A stretch of 64,000 nucleotides of DNA from contig OX597820.1 of assembly GCA_951406725.2 (NCBI GenBank), forward strand, positions 23,312,001 through 23,376,000. Reading direction: 5' to 3'. This DNA comes from Octopus vulgaris (lineage: Eukaryota). A program made the position numbers and the translations under genes. The first letter of the stretch is position 1, and every line of letters begins with the position of its first letter. This document shows, piece after piece, positions 1-13,846 of the stretch. The notes beneath the pieces were generated by a model, which was not told the DNA's origin, searched no databases, and worked only from the letters and a program-made list of their open reading frames with translations.

Positions 1-157
1 CTGACTCTTTTGCCACAACTTTCTCTCACTCTTTCCTCTTGCAGCTCACCTGCAACGGACCGGCATCCAGTCCAGGTGGGAAACCTATACGCCAAGGAAA
101 CTGGGAAACCAACCCTTATGAGCCAGGCATGGCTTGAGAAGGAACAAACAACAACCG
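1..157 (+). mobile_element. 3' part of tRNA-derived SINE (family B)
   Basis: ccacaactttctctcactctttc body is shared with 9285-9580 and 26502-26812; tail is related to that at 62090-62190. Confidence 0.75.
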
Positions 158-1660
158 CAAAGGCATTCAAAGAAGCAGGATACAACTCTAATATAAAATT
201 CTTTAACTATTATGAACACAATTATGATAATGATAATACAACAAGTGTTCCTAATAAAACTAATAATAAATCTGACAGTGAAAATATGAATAATAATAAT
301 AAAAGACAATATAACAAACTAAATAAAGATAAAAACAATATAGTTGTTATTAATGAGTACAATAATAATAGTAATATTGATAATGAGAATATGAGCAATA
401 GTAAAAAACATTGTAAAGCATACAAGAAGAGATATAATATACCTAAGAATAACAATTTAATACCAATGATGTCTACTAATAATGATAATATAAAAAACAT
501 AAAAAATAAAAGGGGTATTATATGGTTAATTATTCCATATGTGGATCAAGTGATGACTAATAATATTAAGGAAACACTTAAAATTGTAAAAATGTTTTTT
601 TTAAAAAGGACAATAGTTATTCAAATATATTTTCCAGTAAAACCATAAGAGTAGGATACTCATCATTAAGAAATGTAGGCAATATCATTTCCTCTATAAG
701 TAATAAGAAATTAAATAATTATTATAATAGCTTGATAAATGATAGCTCTAGCCATAATATAACCGATAGTGATAGAAGTCTTAATCAACATATAGAAAAA
801 TGTTCATGTTGTGATAAGACTAAATGTAAGCTCTCTAATAATTGTAATACCGATAATGTAATTTATAAATGTAAGAACATCATCATCGTTTAACGGCCGT
901 TTTCCATGCTAGCATGGGTTGGACGGTTCGACCGGGGTCTGGGAAGCCAGGAGGCTTCACCAGGTTCCAGTCTGATCTGGCAGTGTTTCTACCGTGAGTG
1001 TAGTGGGTGCTTTTTATGTGCCACCGACACAGGTGCCAGGGGAGGCTGGCATCAGCCAATATATAAGGTTTATATTGGATCAGCAGCTAATGAAATGAAA
1101 AAAAGAATATCCCAACACTAACAGACCTTTAAAAATCCCAATTTAAGTAAGTTCACAGGCTTAAGTAAATATATATGGGAATTTAAATCTAGAAAAAGAG
1201 AGTACACCCTTAATTGGAGTATTATAGGTAGAGCCCACTCCTATAATATTGGGAATAAAATGTGTTTATTATGCATAACAGAATTTATGAAACTACTACA
1301 GTCTACATTTGAAAACTGCTGCACTGATCCTAATGAAATTTGGAACACAAAATCCAAGCCTAAGGAGAGGGGTAATGCTTGTGTGTTTCATATAATTTCA
1401 TGGACCAAAATTACTGAATGGATCCTTATGATATTTGGAACTTAGATTCAATGCATAAGGGCGGGTATAATGCATTATGTATGGTTTGAATTTCAGATGA
1501 CTTATAGGGGCAGAATCCTATGAAAATTCATAAATTTTCGATGTTGATGAAATTTCAACCATGGGTTGACACATGTCAAGAAGTATTCTCAAAGTTTCCA
1601 CTTCTCATGAGGATTCTAAGACACCCCGATGGGGGCCTTAACTCCCAAATTTTACTCACA
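158..1660 (+). mobile_element. Decayed Penelope-like retroelement (linker, GIY-YIG endonuclease and terminal repeat)
   Basis: Broken frames read IIWLIIPY..VMTN, GYSSLRNVGNIISS, CSCCDKTKCKLSNNCNTDNVIYKC, YKVYIGSA..EMKKRISQH, TGLSKYIWE..LNWSI..Y...CLLC.TE, the typical PLE Cys-linker/GIY-YIG layout. Contains stops and frameshifts. Confidence 0.85.
878..1057 (-). mobile_element. RTE-tailed SINE fragment inserted in the Penelope element
   Basis: catcatcatcgtttaacg..ccatgctagcatgggttggacgg tail; splits the PLE frame between VIYKC and YKVYIG. Confidence 0.8.
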
Positions 1661-1920
1661 CAGCTATACATATACATGTATACATATGCATCTATAATAT
1701 ATACATATATATATACATCTTTATATATATACATTTGTGCAGATGTATACATACATATATATATATATACACATAATATTTCTATCTGTTCCACACTTTT
1801 AGCACTAATTAAAAATATAGAATACTGTCATTTTAATCTCTTAGCATTTATTCTACAAAACAAGTTTTAACATAAGATTATCTTATAATTTCATATCATA
1901 TTTTTAATATATATCATAAT

Positions 1921-2120
1921 TAAGTTGGCAAGCTAGTATAATTGTTAGGATGCTGGGCAAAATATTTTGTGGCATCACATCTGAGTTCAAGTTCTTCTAA
2001 TGTTAACTTTTTTTTTCTTCCATTCAGGGTCAATAAAATATGTACCAGTTGAGGATTGGGACCAATGTAATCAACCTAGCCCCACATTCAAATTTGACCT
2101 TGTGCTAAAATTTGAGAGCA
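1921..2120 (+). mobile_element. SINE family D (ggcgagctggcagaatcgttagc...tgtgccaaaatttgaaacc), degenerate
   Basis: Related copies at ~12115-12410, 12620-12830(-), 37370-37520, 41900-42120(-), 44575-44770(-), 50625-50790(-), 55430-55655, 57868-58080(-). Confidence 0.7.
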
Positions 2121-4133
2121 GCATTATATATTACAATATTATATAATATTTATAGAGTGGTTGGCGTTAGGAAGGGCATCCAGCCGTAGAAACACTGCCA
2201 GATCTGACTGGGCCTGACGAAGCCTTCCCAGCTTCACAGACCCCAGTTGACCCGTTGATGTACTTGTATAGCAAGTGATTTGATCTGAGATTGTGTGCTG
2301 GAACGAAAACAATTGCAGCAGTGGAAGGTGTTTGTAAGCCATTTAAGAAAATTAATTTTATAATTATAATGTTCTACACACTTTGTTTGTGAACCAATGA
2401 TATTTATTGCAGCCAGAGGCCATCTTACTATAGAAGAGTGGGAAAATTTGGAAAGCTTCCTTTTAATTTGACATATTAAAATTCTTGTTAATGATTGTTG
2501 GAGAATATGTCAGTGGAAAATGACTTTATAGAAAGATGCAAAAATGAGGCAAAAATGTGTGTGTGTGTGTGTGTGACATCTTAGGAAAGTTTTTCTGCTT
2601 TTAATTAAACTCTAGCTTTTATTATCTTATTATTGAGTCATTTTTTCAAATTTATCTTCCCTGCCATGCATTTTTTAAAAAATCCACTTGCATTATTGCA
2701 AAAGCTGGCTTTTCTTTATATATGAACATGAACATAGGAAAATATTGAGTATTTGAATGCAGAAGGATTTTTGCTTTTCTCATTTAACAAACAAAGAATA
2801 GCAAAATGTTTATTTGCTCTTTATTATTCTTTTTTATTTTTTGTACAATATGCAGCCCACATCAACTCAGTAATGTTACAAACTATGCACACTTTATTGC
2901 CTAAGATTATCTCATTATAGGATCATGGCATTAAAATAAAATTCTGTGAGGGACTGAAGCTTTATTGGCAATGGTCTTTATCTTATGAATCTGGTAAGAT
3001 ATTTTGGATTGGGAAGCTTGACCTTTCTGTAATATCTATACTGGTATTTGAACCTATCAAACCCAAACCTGCTATATGTATGCAATACTTTTTAAAATTT
3101 TTTTATTGGCATCAAATGTTACATTTGTTATTTTAGGACATAAACTCAGTTGACAATGACCTACAAATCCACTTACAAATGACCTACAAATCCACCATAT
3201 TTCTGCATGCTAGAGTCTATTTATGTTATCAAGTATCGAGTAGCTGCAGTCAGCTGAATATAGAATGAATTTTCACTAATCAAGGACTTGAGAGCAAGCC
3301 ATTAATTATGCATAGGCAACCTCTTACAGGAAGCAGGCCACTTGAAATATGATTCAGCATCAGGCGGGCCACATTACTAAACAATATTCAAGGTAATTTT
3401 CTGTTAGGTTTGTCATTCAGAATGTCCTGCAGGCCACAGGACGCCCATGAGTGACATTAAACATGCAGCAAAACTGTGTCACATTTCACACTTCAGTGTT
3501 TGGTTTTGTGGTCACAGGATCACAATTACGTTGCACCTGTTTTATTGCTCGTTCTATTCACATACGATTATAAGATTACATATCTCATAAGTTGTTATTT
3601 GTTGGTGGCAACAGGACTAAACAATAGCAAATTCAACTTAACCTTTAGTATGTTTAGGTGCATCAAGCACTGTACAAGTTCCCTCCTCTGTAGCTACAGG
3701 TGCATTGTATTGCAGTGAGAGGGGAGAAAACTCATACAACAACATGGTGTGCCTACAGTGTACTAAAGGTTAATATTTTGTTTCGTTGGCAGTTCTGACA
3801 ATCTTTGGATTATATGAGATGTATGCAGTTTTACTTTTCACTCGTTAGAATCCTTAAATAATAAACGAAGACAACTTTTTTTTTCTTGTATGTGTGTGTG
3901 ATTATTTACGACTCCTTGATATAACAATACAATATCTGATGCAACAAAACATCGACTGGCTCTTGTAGTGTCTAATAGAATTGGTTAGAATCTATATAAT
4001 ATGGAGAGAAGGGAACAGTAAAGTAACCATCTGAGATCTCTATTGTAAATATGTCTTTTATTATTATTATTTGTTTTTTCTTGACATAATGTCCAATATT
4101 GAAGAGATGATTAGCAGGCTGTGATATAATATA

Positions 4134-4176
4134 CAGGGCGGACCAAAAGTCATGCACCAAAATGTCATTTACATTA

Positions 4177-4228
<52 letters not shown>

Positions 4229-4411
4229 GTTATTATTGTTATTATTATTATTCTTATTAGTCATTCCATTCATCATGTACAAGTATGTGTGCATTCATCA
4301 TTATTTTACTTATTTCGTTCAATTTTTTTTGCAAAAAAATTGAAGCATGTCTTTGATAATTCCTGAGCGGCGTGTTGAACTTATTTTGTGCATGACTTTT
4401 GGCCTACCCTG
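4134..4411. mobile_element. Tc1/mariner-type MITE with internal (ATT)n
   Basis: TIRs cagggcggaccaaaagtcatgcac / gtgcatgacttttggcctaccctg, flanked by TA on both sides. Confidence 0.85.
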
Positions 4412-4860
4412 TATAACAGCTTATCTTTATCCAAGAGGCTGAGAAATTGCTCTCAAAAGTAGTTTCTTGTAAATGGATAATCAGCAAAACAATTTTCTTT
4501 TTTAAAAAAATTAACAGAAGAACATGAAAGCTGTAAAAGTTAAACATTTTTCGTTCAACCTCAAATCTCTTCTTTCTCAAACAGACACAATTTTTATGAC
4601 ATATCTACTTTCTATTTCACTTACGTTTTTAACTTCAACCCCGTCTTCTCATTCCAACAAAAAGTTTAACATTTTTTGTTTACTGAATTGTTGAGTCTCT
4701 TTTTTTTTCTGGAAATCCCCTTTTCTTTCTTTTTCTTTCAACCTTTTTTTTTTTTTAAAAAATTCTTGTCTCACTTTAATTGGAGCACAATACTGTTGAG
4801 GTACTACAATGGTCATAAGGAACTGGACTGCTGATCACAAGGTCTCATCAATTTAAACTT

Positions 4861-4905
<45 letters not shown>
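4861..4905. repeat. (TAC)n microsatellite
   Basis: Directly visible. Confidence 0.95.
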
Positions 4906-7272
4906 AAACATTGCACCTTTGAAAACAGGACCCATAACTCTTGCATGCTTAAGCAGTTATCTTACCTGACTGGACCTTAATCTGCTTCATGGTTGATTGA
5001 TGGTTAGCAGTTGGAACAGCATCAAACTGTAAAAATAATTGTTTGAAGAGAAAACAAAAACCATCCCAAAAGAAAAAAAAACATGGATGCAAAACAGGGA
5101 AAACAAACTAACATTATCCTTTTTCTTGAATGGATTTTTTCTTTTTATTTTTCAAAAAATGAGGTTGTTGACACCCTACAACTCTGCCACCAAAGGGTGT
5201 TATTATTGTTGTTGTTGTTGTTATTAATAACCTCACAACCTCTTGTCTGGAGGAGGTGGTTGTTTAATCCCAGATCAATCCTGAGTATGCACACTTATGA
5301 TTAAAAAAGAAAAAAAATTTTGAATTGTAACCATGTCGTTTTCTTTTTCTTAGCATGGTGTGGTGTATTTTCAAGGAAATTTAGCAGCTATTTCTAGCAG
5401 GTCTAGTAACCACAGTGAGGCTAATGCTATTTTTTGTTATTTTTTTCTTACTTTATTTGTTTGCCTTTTGTCTGTTTTTTTTTAATCCTTCAACTTGTCT
5501 GTTTTATTGATCCCTACTGCTTTAGCTTTAAGCTTTCCCTCTCAACAAACAAACCTATCTCCCCCTCTTCACACACATATAGAACAATATAACAATCAAC
5601 CCAGGGTATGTTACAGATCACTAAAACCACTGTCATCATCCTCTATAATTGATTTGATATTTTCTAATCAATCAATCACTTACAATCATCAATAAGAAAA
5701 TAAAAATATTGATCCAAGCTCTTCTGTCAGGTTGAAAGCTATGAATTTTTAAAAATTGTTAAAATATTAGATATGTCCTTCTAACCAGTGTGAAGAAAAA
5801 GAGTGAGAGTAATTGAAGTCATTTTTTAAATTCAGACTCAAAATGGAATTTGAAAAGAACATAGCGAAAATTAAATTTAGAAAGATAAACTGGTTTCAAA
5901 TTTTTATATTTTTTCTTTTTGTTTATATTTTTTTCGAAAATAATCAAGCTTTATAATTATCAATGATTATTAGCTTTATAATTATCAATTATGAAATGAA
6001 CTTTATGATTATTGCCAGCTCCTGGCTTCCTCTTTCTCATGGATTTTTTGTTTTATGAAAAGATAGTTTACCAAGTCACATTTTAAAAGAGAAATGGGAA
6101 AATAAAGTAAAGAAAAAGAACTAGAATAGTGAAAATTTAAATTTCTAATTTTTAGTGAAGCTCTCAATATTTTGGATTTTTTTCTTAAGTTAATTAAAAA
6201 GAAAGAAATCTATTCCTTCTAATTATTTATCCAATTAGCAAAAAATTTTAAACTTTACTTTGTATGTCCTTTCCAAATAAGATTTATTTTCTGTCTAATT
6301 AACAATTAATACTTATCAATTAATTTCTTGCTGAGAATATTAGTAACAGCTACAATTATTATCAACACAGATAGACACCTCAGTTCTCATGTATTCTCTT
6401 ATAAAAATATGGTAGAAAAAAAATGGAATAAATTGGTGTTTTAGAACAAAAATACCCTGTGATATCTTTTCTACTTGAGTTGTGCAGAAGCTCCCTTGCC
6501 ACACTGGCCTTTGTAAGTACATTGAACTAGTAGTATAGGTAGAGGGAAGCAGGTGCCCCAGGTGATACTATTGTAGGGAACAGCACAATTGAGTCTGTTG
6601 TATAGGTTTGAGGGCCTGGAGTAGGAAAGTGGGAGCAAACTTAAGGGTAGCTCTGGACATCACACAGCCCAGCTAGGCCTCTGCAATGAATCAGTGGTTA
6701 TTGGTTCATTGGAAATCTGTAATAAAATGCAATATAAATACAACTAAAATGATTTACTGCAGGAATCTGTCAGCAAAAAAAAAAAAGATACAAATCAAAG
6801 AGCCATTTCTTTAGTTTCACCTGACATAATTAACACTTGTAATTTTTTTTCTAATTAAAGGAGTTGACACTGTTTTTTCCTCCACTTTATGAATTAGTTG
6901 AATTTGTTTTTGATTTTACTTTTAGTTTATTTTAGTTTTTTTTTCTGTTTTTTTGTTAGTCAACATCTTGAGTCAATAACATTTTCAAGCATTTTGTTAT
7001 TAAACTTCATTATTTTCTCTGTGTGTATGCATGCCTGTGTGTTTTAAGAAAAATCTTTTAGTGCATGATAACGATGTCTGCTAATCCATTGAGTTGTTGG
7101 GCCACTTCACGCCACAGTTAAGGTAGAGATGTATTTGACAGGTTTCGATTTTTATTTTTTTCCCTTCTAACATTAGTGTTAGTTAATGAAAGCAAACACC
7201 AAGTGTATATGTAGTGCCTTCATCATTAAAACTGTAAAATGTGCCCCTTCTTAGTACCTTTATACAACAATG

Positions 7273-7495
7273 TGTGGAGATGCATGGCTTAGTGGTTAGT
7301 GTGTTGGGCACATGATCATAAGATTGTGGCTTTGATTCCTGGACCTGGTAATGAGTTGTGTTCTAGAGCAAAAAATCATTTCATGTTGCTCCAGTCCGCT
7401 CAGCTGGTAAAAACGAGTAATTTTGTGACAAACCGACATCCCATTCAAGGAGGAATACATACACCACAGAAACCAGGAAACTGGCTCCCTTATGG
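7273..7495 (+). mobile_element. tRNA-derived SINE family C
   Basis: tggagatgcatggcttagtggttag A-box-like head and ttcatgttgctccagtcc.ctcagctgg core, as at 26990 and 61941. Confidence 0.75.
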
Positions 7496-7634
7496 AATAA
7501 TGTGGACTACCCTAATATACAACAATGTACATCATCTCAACTCAGCTAGCCATTACATTGAGCTATTTCCTGGAGAGTCAGATGAACAATATAAGATTAA
7601 TTACCTTATTGTATTTAGCTGTGTCTCTCTACAG

Positions 7635-8266
7635 CAGTGGTTCTCAACCAGGGTCCATATGACTTTTGGGGGTTCATATATATTGCTTATACTTCTACAA
7701 TACACAGGATATTTTAACAACCTTTTTTTATACAATCTCTAATAATACTCTCTTTTCTCTCTTTTACTTGTTTCAGTCATTTGACTGTGGCCATGCTGGA
7801 GCACTGCCTTTAGTCGAGTAAGTCGACCCCAGGACTTATTCTTTGTAAGCCTAGTACTTATTCTATTGGTCTCTTTCTGCCAAACCGCTAAGTTACGGGG
7901 ACATAAACACACCAGCATCGGTTGTCAAGCGATGTTGTGGGGGGACAAACACAGACACACAAGCATATACACACACACATACATATATATACATATATAC
8001 GACGGGCTTCTTTCAGTTTCCGTCTACCAAATCCACTCACAAGGCTTTGGTCGGCCTGAGGCTGTAGTAGAAGACACTTGTCCAAGGTGCCACACAGTGG
8101 GACTGAACCCAGAACTATGTGGTTCGTAAGCAAGCTACTTACCACACAACCACTCCTACGTCTATAATATTTAATTATAAATATATAATTGGATTTTCTT
8201 TCCACATCAAATGGCTATAGGGGATCACAAAGTGGTCCACAGGTGAAAAATAGTTGAAAACCATTG
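7635..8266. mobile_element. hAT/Charlie-type MITE interrupted by a SINE
   Basis: TIRs cagtggttctcaacc / agttgaaaaccattg; degenerate 8-bp flanks ctctacag / atgtacat. Confidence 0.7.
7746..8163 (-). mobile_element. Full-length tRNA-derived SINE family A (CR1-like tail)
   Basis: Reverse complement of 62788-63146; other copies at 9991-10297(+), 14040-14340(-), 18327-18696(-), 39238-39815(+), 41245-41735(-), 44993-45270(-), 46300-46700(-). Confidence 0.9.
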
Positions 8267-8632
8267 ATGTACATTTTAAAATCAAGTCATCAGCCTCTAA
8301 TAGGAAGTGGCGGTGGTGGTGGTGGTGGGGTGATGGTGGTGTTGATGGGGGTTGTGTGATTTTTGCCTTTTTTTTGTTATCCCTGCAAGAGTTAACAGGA
8401 GGCTGACACTATTAATCTACAAAACAAAATTTATTGTCAAGTTTGAAACAGAAGATTGCAACAACTGTGAGGAATTACATTCAATAATGGTGCTTTAACC
8501 CTTTAACTGTGAAATTAAATATCATGGTTATTCCAAGAAGGATGTTAAATATCTTCAAAAAAAAAATGCCATTGGTATTTTCTTGCAAGCCATGTTGCCT
8601 CTATAAACTTGATATCAGCAAAACATAGTTTT

Positions 8633-9120
8633 CATCATCATCATCATCGTTTAACGTCCGTTCTCCATGCTAGCATGAGTTGGACGTTTCGACCGGGGTC
8701 TGGGAAGCCAGGAGGCTACACTAGGCTCCAGTCTGATCTGGCAGAGTTTCTACAGCTGGATGCCCTTCCTAATGCCAACCACTCCATGAGTGTAGTGGGT
8801 GGTTTTTACGTGCCACTGGCACAGGTGCCAGGCGAGGCTGGCAATGGCCACGATTGGTTGGTGCTTTTTACGTGCCACCGGCACGGAAGCCAGTCAAGGC
8901 GACACTGGCATCGGCCACGTTCGGAAGGTGCTTTTTATGTGCCACCGGCATATGGATCACAACTACAATTTCCATTGATTTTTGATGTTGATGTACTTGA
9001 CTCAATAGGTCTCCTCAAGCACAGGGTCGAAACAGTGTTTCTTTACTTGCCACCTGCACAGGAGTCAGTCCAGCAGCACTGGTAGCTGCCGGGTGCCAGT
9101 CATAGGATTGGTTCAATTTG
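8633..9120 (-). mobile_element. RTE-tailed SINE with internal gtgcttttta.gtgccacc.gca tandem units
   Basis: (CAT)n tail plus ggatgcccttcctaatgccaaccactc; copies at 2150-2250(+), 18243, 42680-42880, 43752-44030, 44136-44495. Confidence 0.85.
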
Positions 9121-9284
9121 AATATGATATTTCTCAACAGAAGATAGATTGTATAAAACTGCTTTCTGTTGTTAACAGTAATGAAATTTTGAGTGAAAAT
9201 ATCTGATTTCCATAGTAAACAAATTAAACTGTAAATGATGCAAATGACCCTTACTAACAGTTTTTATTTATTTTATTTATGCGC

Positions 9285-9580
9285 CTTTTTCAAGCCTAGC
9301 TAGGCTCATGGACCTGGTTTCCCTGTTTCTATGGCATATGTGTTCCCCCCCGCTGGACAGGACGCCAGTCCATTGCAGTGTTACTCAAGAAACAGGAAGA
9401 AAGAGTGAGAGAAAGTTGGGGCGAAAGAGTACAACAGAGCTCACCACCACCCCCTGCTGGAGCCTTGTGGGACTTTGGGTGTTTTTGCTCAATAAACACA
9501 CACAACACCCAGTCTGTGAATTGAAACCACGATCCTCTGGTCACGAGTCTGCTGCCCTAACCACTGAGCCATTGCACCTC
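9285..9580 (-). mobile_element. tRNA-derived SINE family B
   Basis: Head matches the reverse complement of 26502 (ggaggcgcaatggcccagtggttagggcag). Confidence 0.85.
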
Positions 9581-11001
9581 TACTAACAGTTTAGACATTG
9601 TTATTTGCAATGATATCCAAGATTTCAAGAGTGTTGTTTTTCCCCCCATAAGAACATAAGTATTTGAAACAGCAAGGAATATTAATCACAGGGTTGATAA
9701 ATTTCGTTATGTGAGAGATATTTGTATTTGATGGCATAAAAGATACAGTGGCATATAAGATGCACCCAACTTTAGCAGTGAATATTCAGGAAAAAGAAAA
9801 AAATTTCAGTGCTTGAATCCTTTAGCATTCAAATCAACCTTATCTGGCCCAAATATTCTGTTTTTCATTCAAACTGGCTAGGCCCAGCCTCTCTCACCTA
9901 CTCTACATTGTCATTCTAAAAGTAAACAATCACATCATTGAAATATCAAAGCTACAAAATAACTCATGATTTATTCAAAACAATATATATAGGTGCAAGA
10001 GTGGCTGTGTGGTAAGTAGCTTGCTTACCAACCACATGGTTCCGGGTTCAGTCCCACTGCTTGACACCTTCGGCAAGTGTCTTCTACTATAGCCTCGGGC
10101 CGACCAAAACCTTGTGAGTGGATTTGGTAGATGGAAACTGAAAGAAGCCCATCGTATATATGTATATATGTATGTGTGTGTATATGTTTATCTGTCCCAA
10201 CATAGCTTGACAACCGATGCGTGGGTGTGTTTACGTCCCCGGAACTTTGCAGTTCGGCAAAAGAGACCGATAGAATAAGTACTAGGCTTACAAAGAATCG
10301 ATGTAACTAACTTATCCCCTCCCCCAAATTTGCTGGCCCTGTGCCAAAATTTAAAACCAATATAAGCAGCCCAACTTTGCTTATAGAACTTGGGGTGATT
10401 TTTTTTTTATTTTGAGAACTTTTTTTTTTAGAAAAAAGTTAATCTTTTATGTCAATGCCATCAAATATGATAAACAGATATTAATTATATTTCCTCATTT
10501 CCATTCTTGGTTACCTGAGCTTGAAGCCACAGTTTCTGCTTTATTAGCACAAAGACTTAGGAAGGTAAACTGTGTCAAATGTTTTAATCAAGGGCATAAT
10601 GCCACCATTTCATATGGAACATGAAAGACTCTTCTGGACTTGCTGAACTCAAAAAATCACAAAGCTTATCTACTTAGTCATTTCCCTTTTTACTTTGAAC
10701 CATGAAAACAAAAGCCTTAATAACAATAACAGTGATTATTTTAATACTGATGCATGGTTGGCTCCCAGTTTGGTAGGGAAGAACTAAAAAAAAAAAAAAA
10801 AAAAAAAAAAAAACTGACACTCTGTTGGTTACAACGACGAGGTTTCCAGTTGATCTCATCAACAGAACAACCTGCTTGAGAAATTAACGTGCAAGTGGCA
10901 GACCACTCCACAGATATGCATATGCATTCCCTTAATGTAGATCTTAGGGAGATTCAATGTGACAAAGAATGTGACAAGGCTGGTCCTTTGAAATACAGGT
11001 A

Positions 11002-11695
11002 CAGTAGTGCCCATGCTTATATATATATATACATACAAAATTTAGAGGACTGACCACTAAAGTGGACAGTTTATATGCTAAACATAGACATCAAATCGCC
11101 ATTACCACAAAGAATGTGTTGTTAAGAAAAATCTCAGCAAAAGACCAAAATATAAAAATAAGCAAGACAAATGAAAATATACGAAATAAAAAATGATTAC
11201 CTACGTACTAATGGTACGAAATAAAAAATTACCTATGTTCCAATGGTACATAGGTAATCGTTTTTTATTTTGTATATTTTCATTTGTCTTGCCTATTTTT
11301 ATATTTTGTTTTTTTGCTGAGATTTTTCTTGAGAACACATTCTTCATGGTAATGGTGATATAACGTCTATGTTTAGCATATAGACCGTCCACTTTAGTGG
11401 TCAGTCCCCTAAATTTTGTATGTAACACAATTTTTAATCTTCGGATTTAAAAAAAATATGCTAAGCCACTGGTTTTAATTGATTAATATCAATTTCTACC
11501 CTTATTATTTAATGTTTTATATATATATATATATACCCATATATATGTGTGTGTGTGTGTGTGTGTAAAGCACAATTTATTCGTGATCAGAGGCGTTCAT
11601 AAACTGAGGTATTAATGTATTAAATGAATATGAGAAAGACAGGAGATAAAGCATGATTTATTGATCAGTGTTGTTCGAAAACCAAGGTACTACTG
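11002..11695. mobile_element. Tc1/mariner-type non-autonomous element (TA TSD)
   Basis: ta|cagtagtgcc ... ggtactactg|ta, inserted at a TA in the SINE. Confidence 0.7.
11032..11422. mobile_element. Fold-back MITE (~390 bp, arms ~170 bp)
   Basis: catacaaaatttagaggactgaccactaaagtggac... versus ...gtccactttagtggtcagtcccctaaattttgtatg; TA flanks. Confidence 0.9.
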
Positions 11696-13523
11696 TACTA
11701 CCCATTTTTGCCAGCTGAGTGGATTGAAGCAATGTGAAATAAAGTGTCTTGCTCAAGGACACAACACACCACCAGGATTCAAACTCCTAACCTTACAACC
11801 ACAAGCCAAATACCTTAACTGCTAAGCCAAGCACCTTCACAGAGAAGAACTATAATGAATTTGGATCACCCAGTGATAAATGAGGTGGCATGTATTTAGT
11901 TTCATTTCTCAACATTTTTAATTCAAATTTCTGCTAAGGTAGACCTTGACTTTCATCATTTTCACTTGTGAGGACAGATAATCAGTTTATCCCTCTCAAC
12001 ATATATTAAGATTTTATGCTGATATTTGTTGAGCAGGGTTAGTTTAATCAGCTAGTTCCTTCCCATCAAATTTCTGGCATTGTGCTTATGTTAGTGATTA
12101 TTGTAATTATTATATTTAAAAGGTAGTAAATTAGCCTAATCTTTAGAGCATTGGGAAAATGCCTTGCGGAAATGAGTGCCAGTTGAGCCCTGGGGTCAAT
12201 GTAATTGACTAACCCCTTCCACCAAATTTCAGGCCATGTACCTAAAGAAAGGATTATTATTAGTGGTACTACTTTATCATGACAATTCTGCCAGGGTCAG
12301 CTTTGTTTTTCGTCTGTTCAGGATTGATAAAATAAGCACCAGTCAAGCAGTGGGGTCAATGTAATCAAGTAATCTCCTTTCCCAAAATTTCAGGCCCTGT
12401 GTTTGTATTAATAAAGCAAATAGATTAAGGGAGCACCTGATTAAGATGTTGTGCAGTATTTAGTTCAGATTCTTTATATTCCAATTTCCAATCCTGCTAT
12501 GACTGATCAACTACATACCTTATGCTTCTAGGATCAATAAATTCTCATATCAGTCATGTACTGGGGTTGATCATAGATCAACTTTACCCTCTCTACTGTA
12601 ATATAATAATAATAATAATTTTTGCCACAAGGGCAGCTTGTGGGGAGGTGGTGATGAGTCAGTTACATTGACCCCAGTGTTCAACAATTGGTATTTATTT
12701 TATCGGCACTGAAAGGAAGAAAGGCAAAGTTGACCTCGGTGGAATTTGAACTCAGAACGTGGCAACAGATGAAATACTGCCAAGCATTTTGCCTGGCATG
12801 CTAATGATTCTGCCAGCTTGCCACCTTAAAGGTAATAATAATAATAATGAGAAGAAGAAGAAAATGAAGCTGTGGCTTGTGCCCTCAAAATCATTGCTAT
12901 TAGTTTTTATCATTTATACAATATTCTTTATCTAGATATTCACCTCTTTTTTTCATTTTTTTCTTCCCAGATCACAATGCAAAGAACTACAAAAAAAAAA
13001 AGCAACCCCAAAAAGAAAAAAAAATTGCTCCAGCTGTTCTGTATTAGATCTATTCTTACTTCACACAATTGTTTTACTTTTTCTTTCAATTCTCTTTTTA
13101 CTCTTTGACCTTGTTGATTATAATGACCTTTGACCCCATTGTAACTCTTGAACATAATATATCATTTTATTAAAGGTTTCTGTTTTTTTTTTCCCAGTTT
13201 TCATTAATAACTGCCTCGATATGATAGGATGGGAAGATTTTTATCAAAGGAGATAAATTTCTGTTAAACTTGTCCTTTTTGTGCTGACTTGATATTTGTG
13301 TATGTGTGTTCAACTATTTCTTTTATTCTTTTACTTGTTTCACTCATTTGACTGCGGCCATACTGGAGCACCACCTTTTAGTCGAAGAAATCAACCTGCA
13401 TATATGAGTTCCTATACATATATATGTATATATTTGTCCATATGTGTGCATATGCACATGTATCTAGTTGTATGTATATACCCATATACTTGGATGTACA
13501 TGTGTGAGCGCATATATATGTGC

Positions 13524-13567
<44 letters not shown>

Positions 13568-13846
13568 CTGTGTATGTATATGTGCATCTAAGCATGAACA
13601 CAAAAAATTTTCATCTAAGTATTATCTTCTTTTCAACTTCTACGTCCTTTTCTTTCTCTTAACAGTTGCAAAAGTGAAGGCTCATTACGTCATTTTCTGT
13701 AAACTAGAATGTATAATTTTCATGTTCATATATGAATTTTCTGCGTTTCAATTTTTCTCTTGTTTTCCACTCATTCTCAAAGTTGATGGACATATAGCAG
13801 TACATAAAACCAAATCAGAAAATATCTCATAAGACTTTTTATTGAT

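Larger units (their letters stand above)
10810..11840 (-). mobile_element. SINE family C split by nested DNA transposons
   Basis: Tail at 10810-11001 and head at 11696-11840 rejoin as tacaggta|ctacccatttttgccagctgagtgg. Confidence 0.8.

Noticed and set aside
10-648. 212-aa ORF as a host gene
   Set aside because: It is a chimera of SINE sequence and a decayed Penelope linker; downstream frames are broken.
13296-13832. 178-aa ORF and similar YI/HT/CV/LL-repeat ORFs
   Set aside because: These are translations of microsatellites and SINE pieces.
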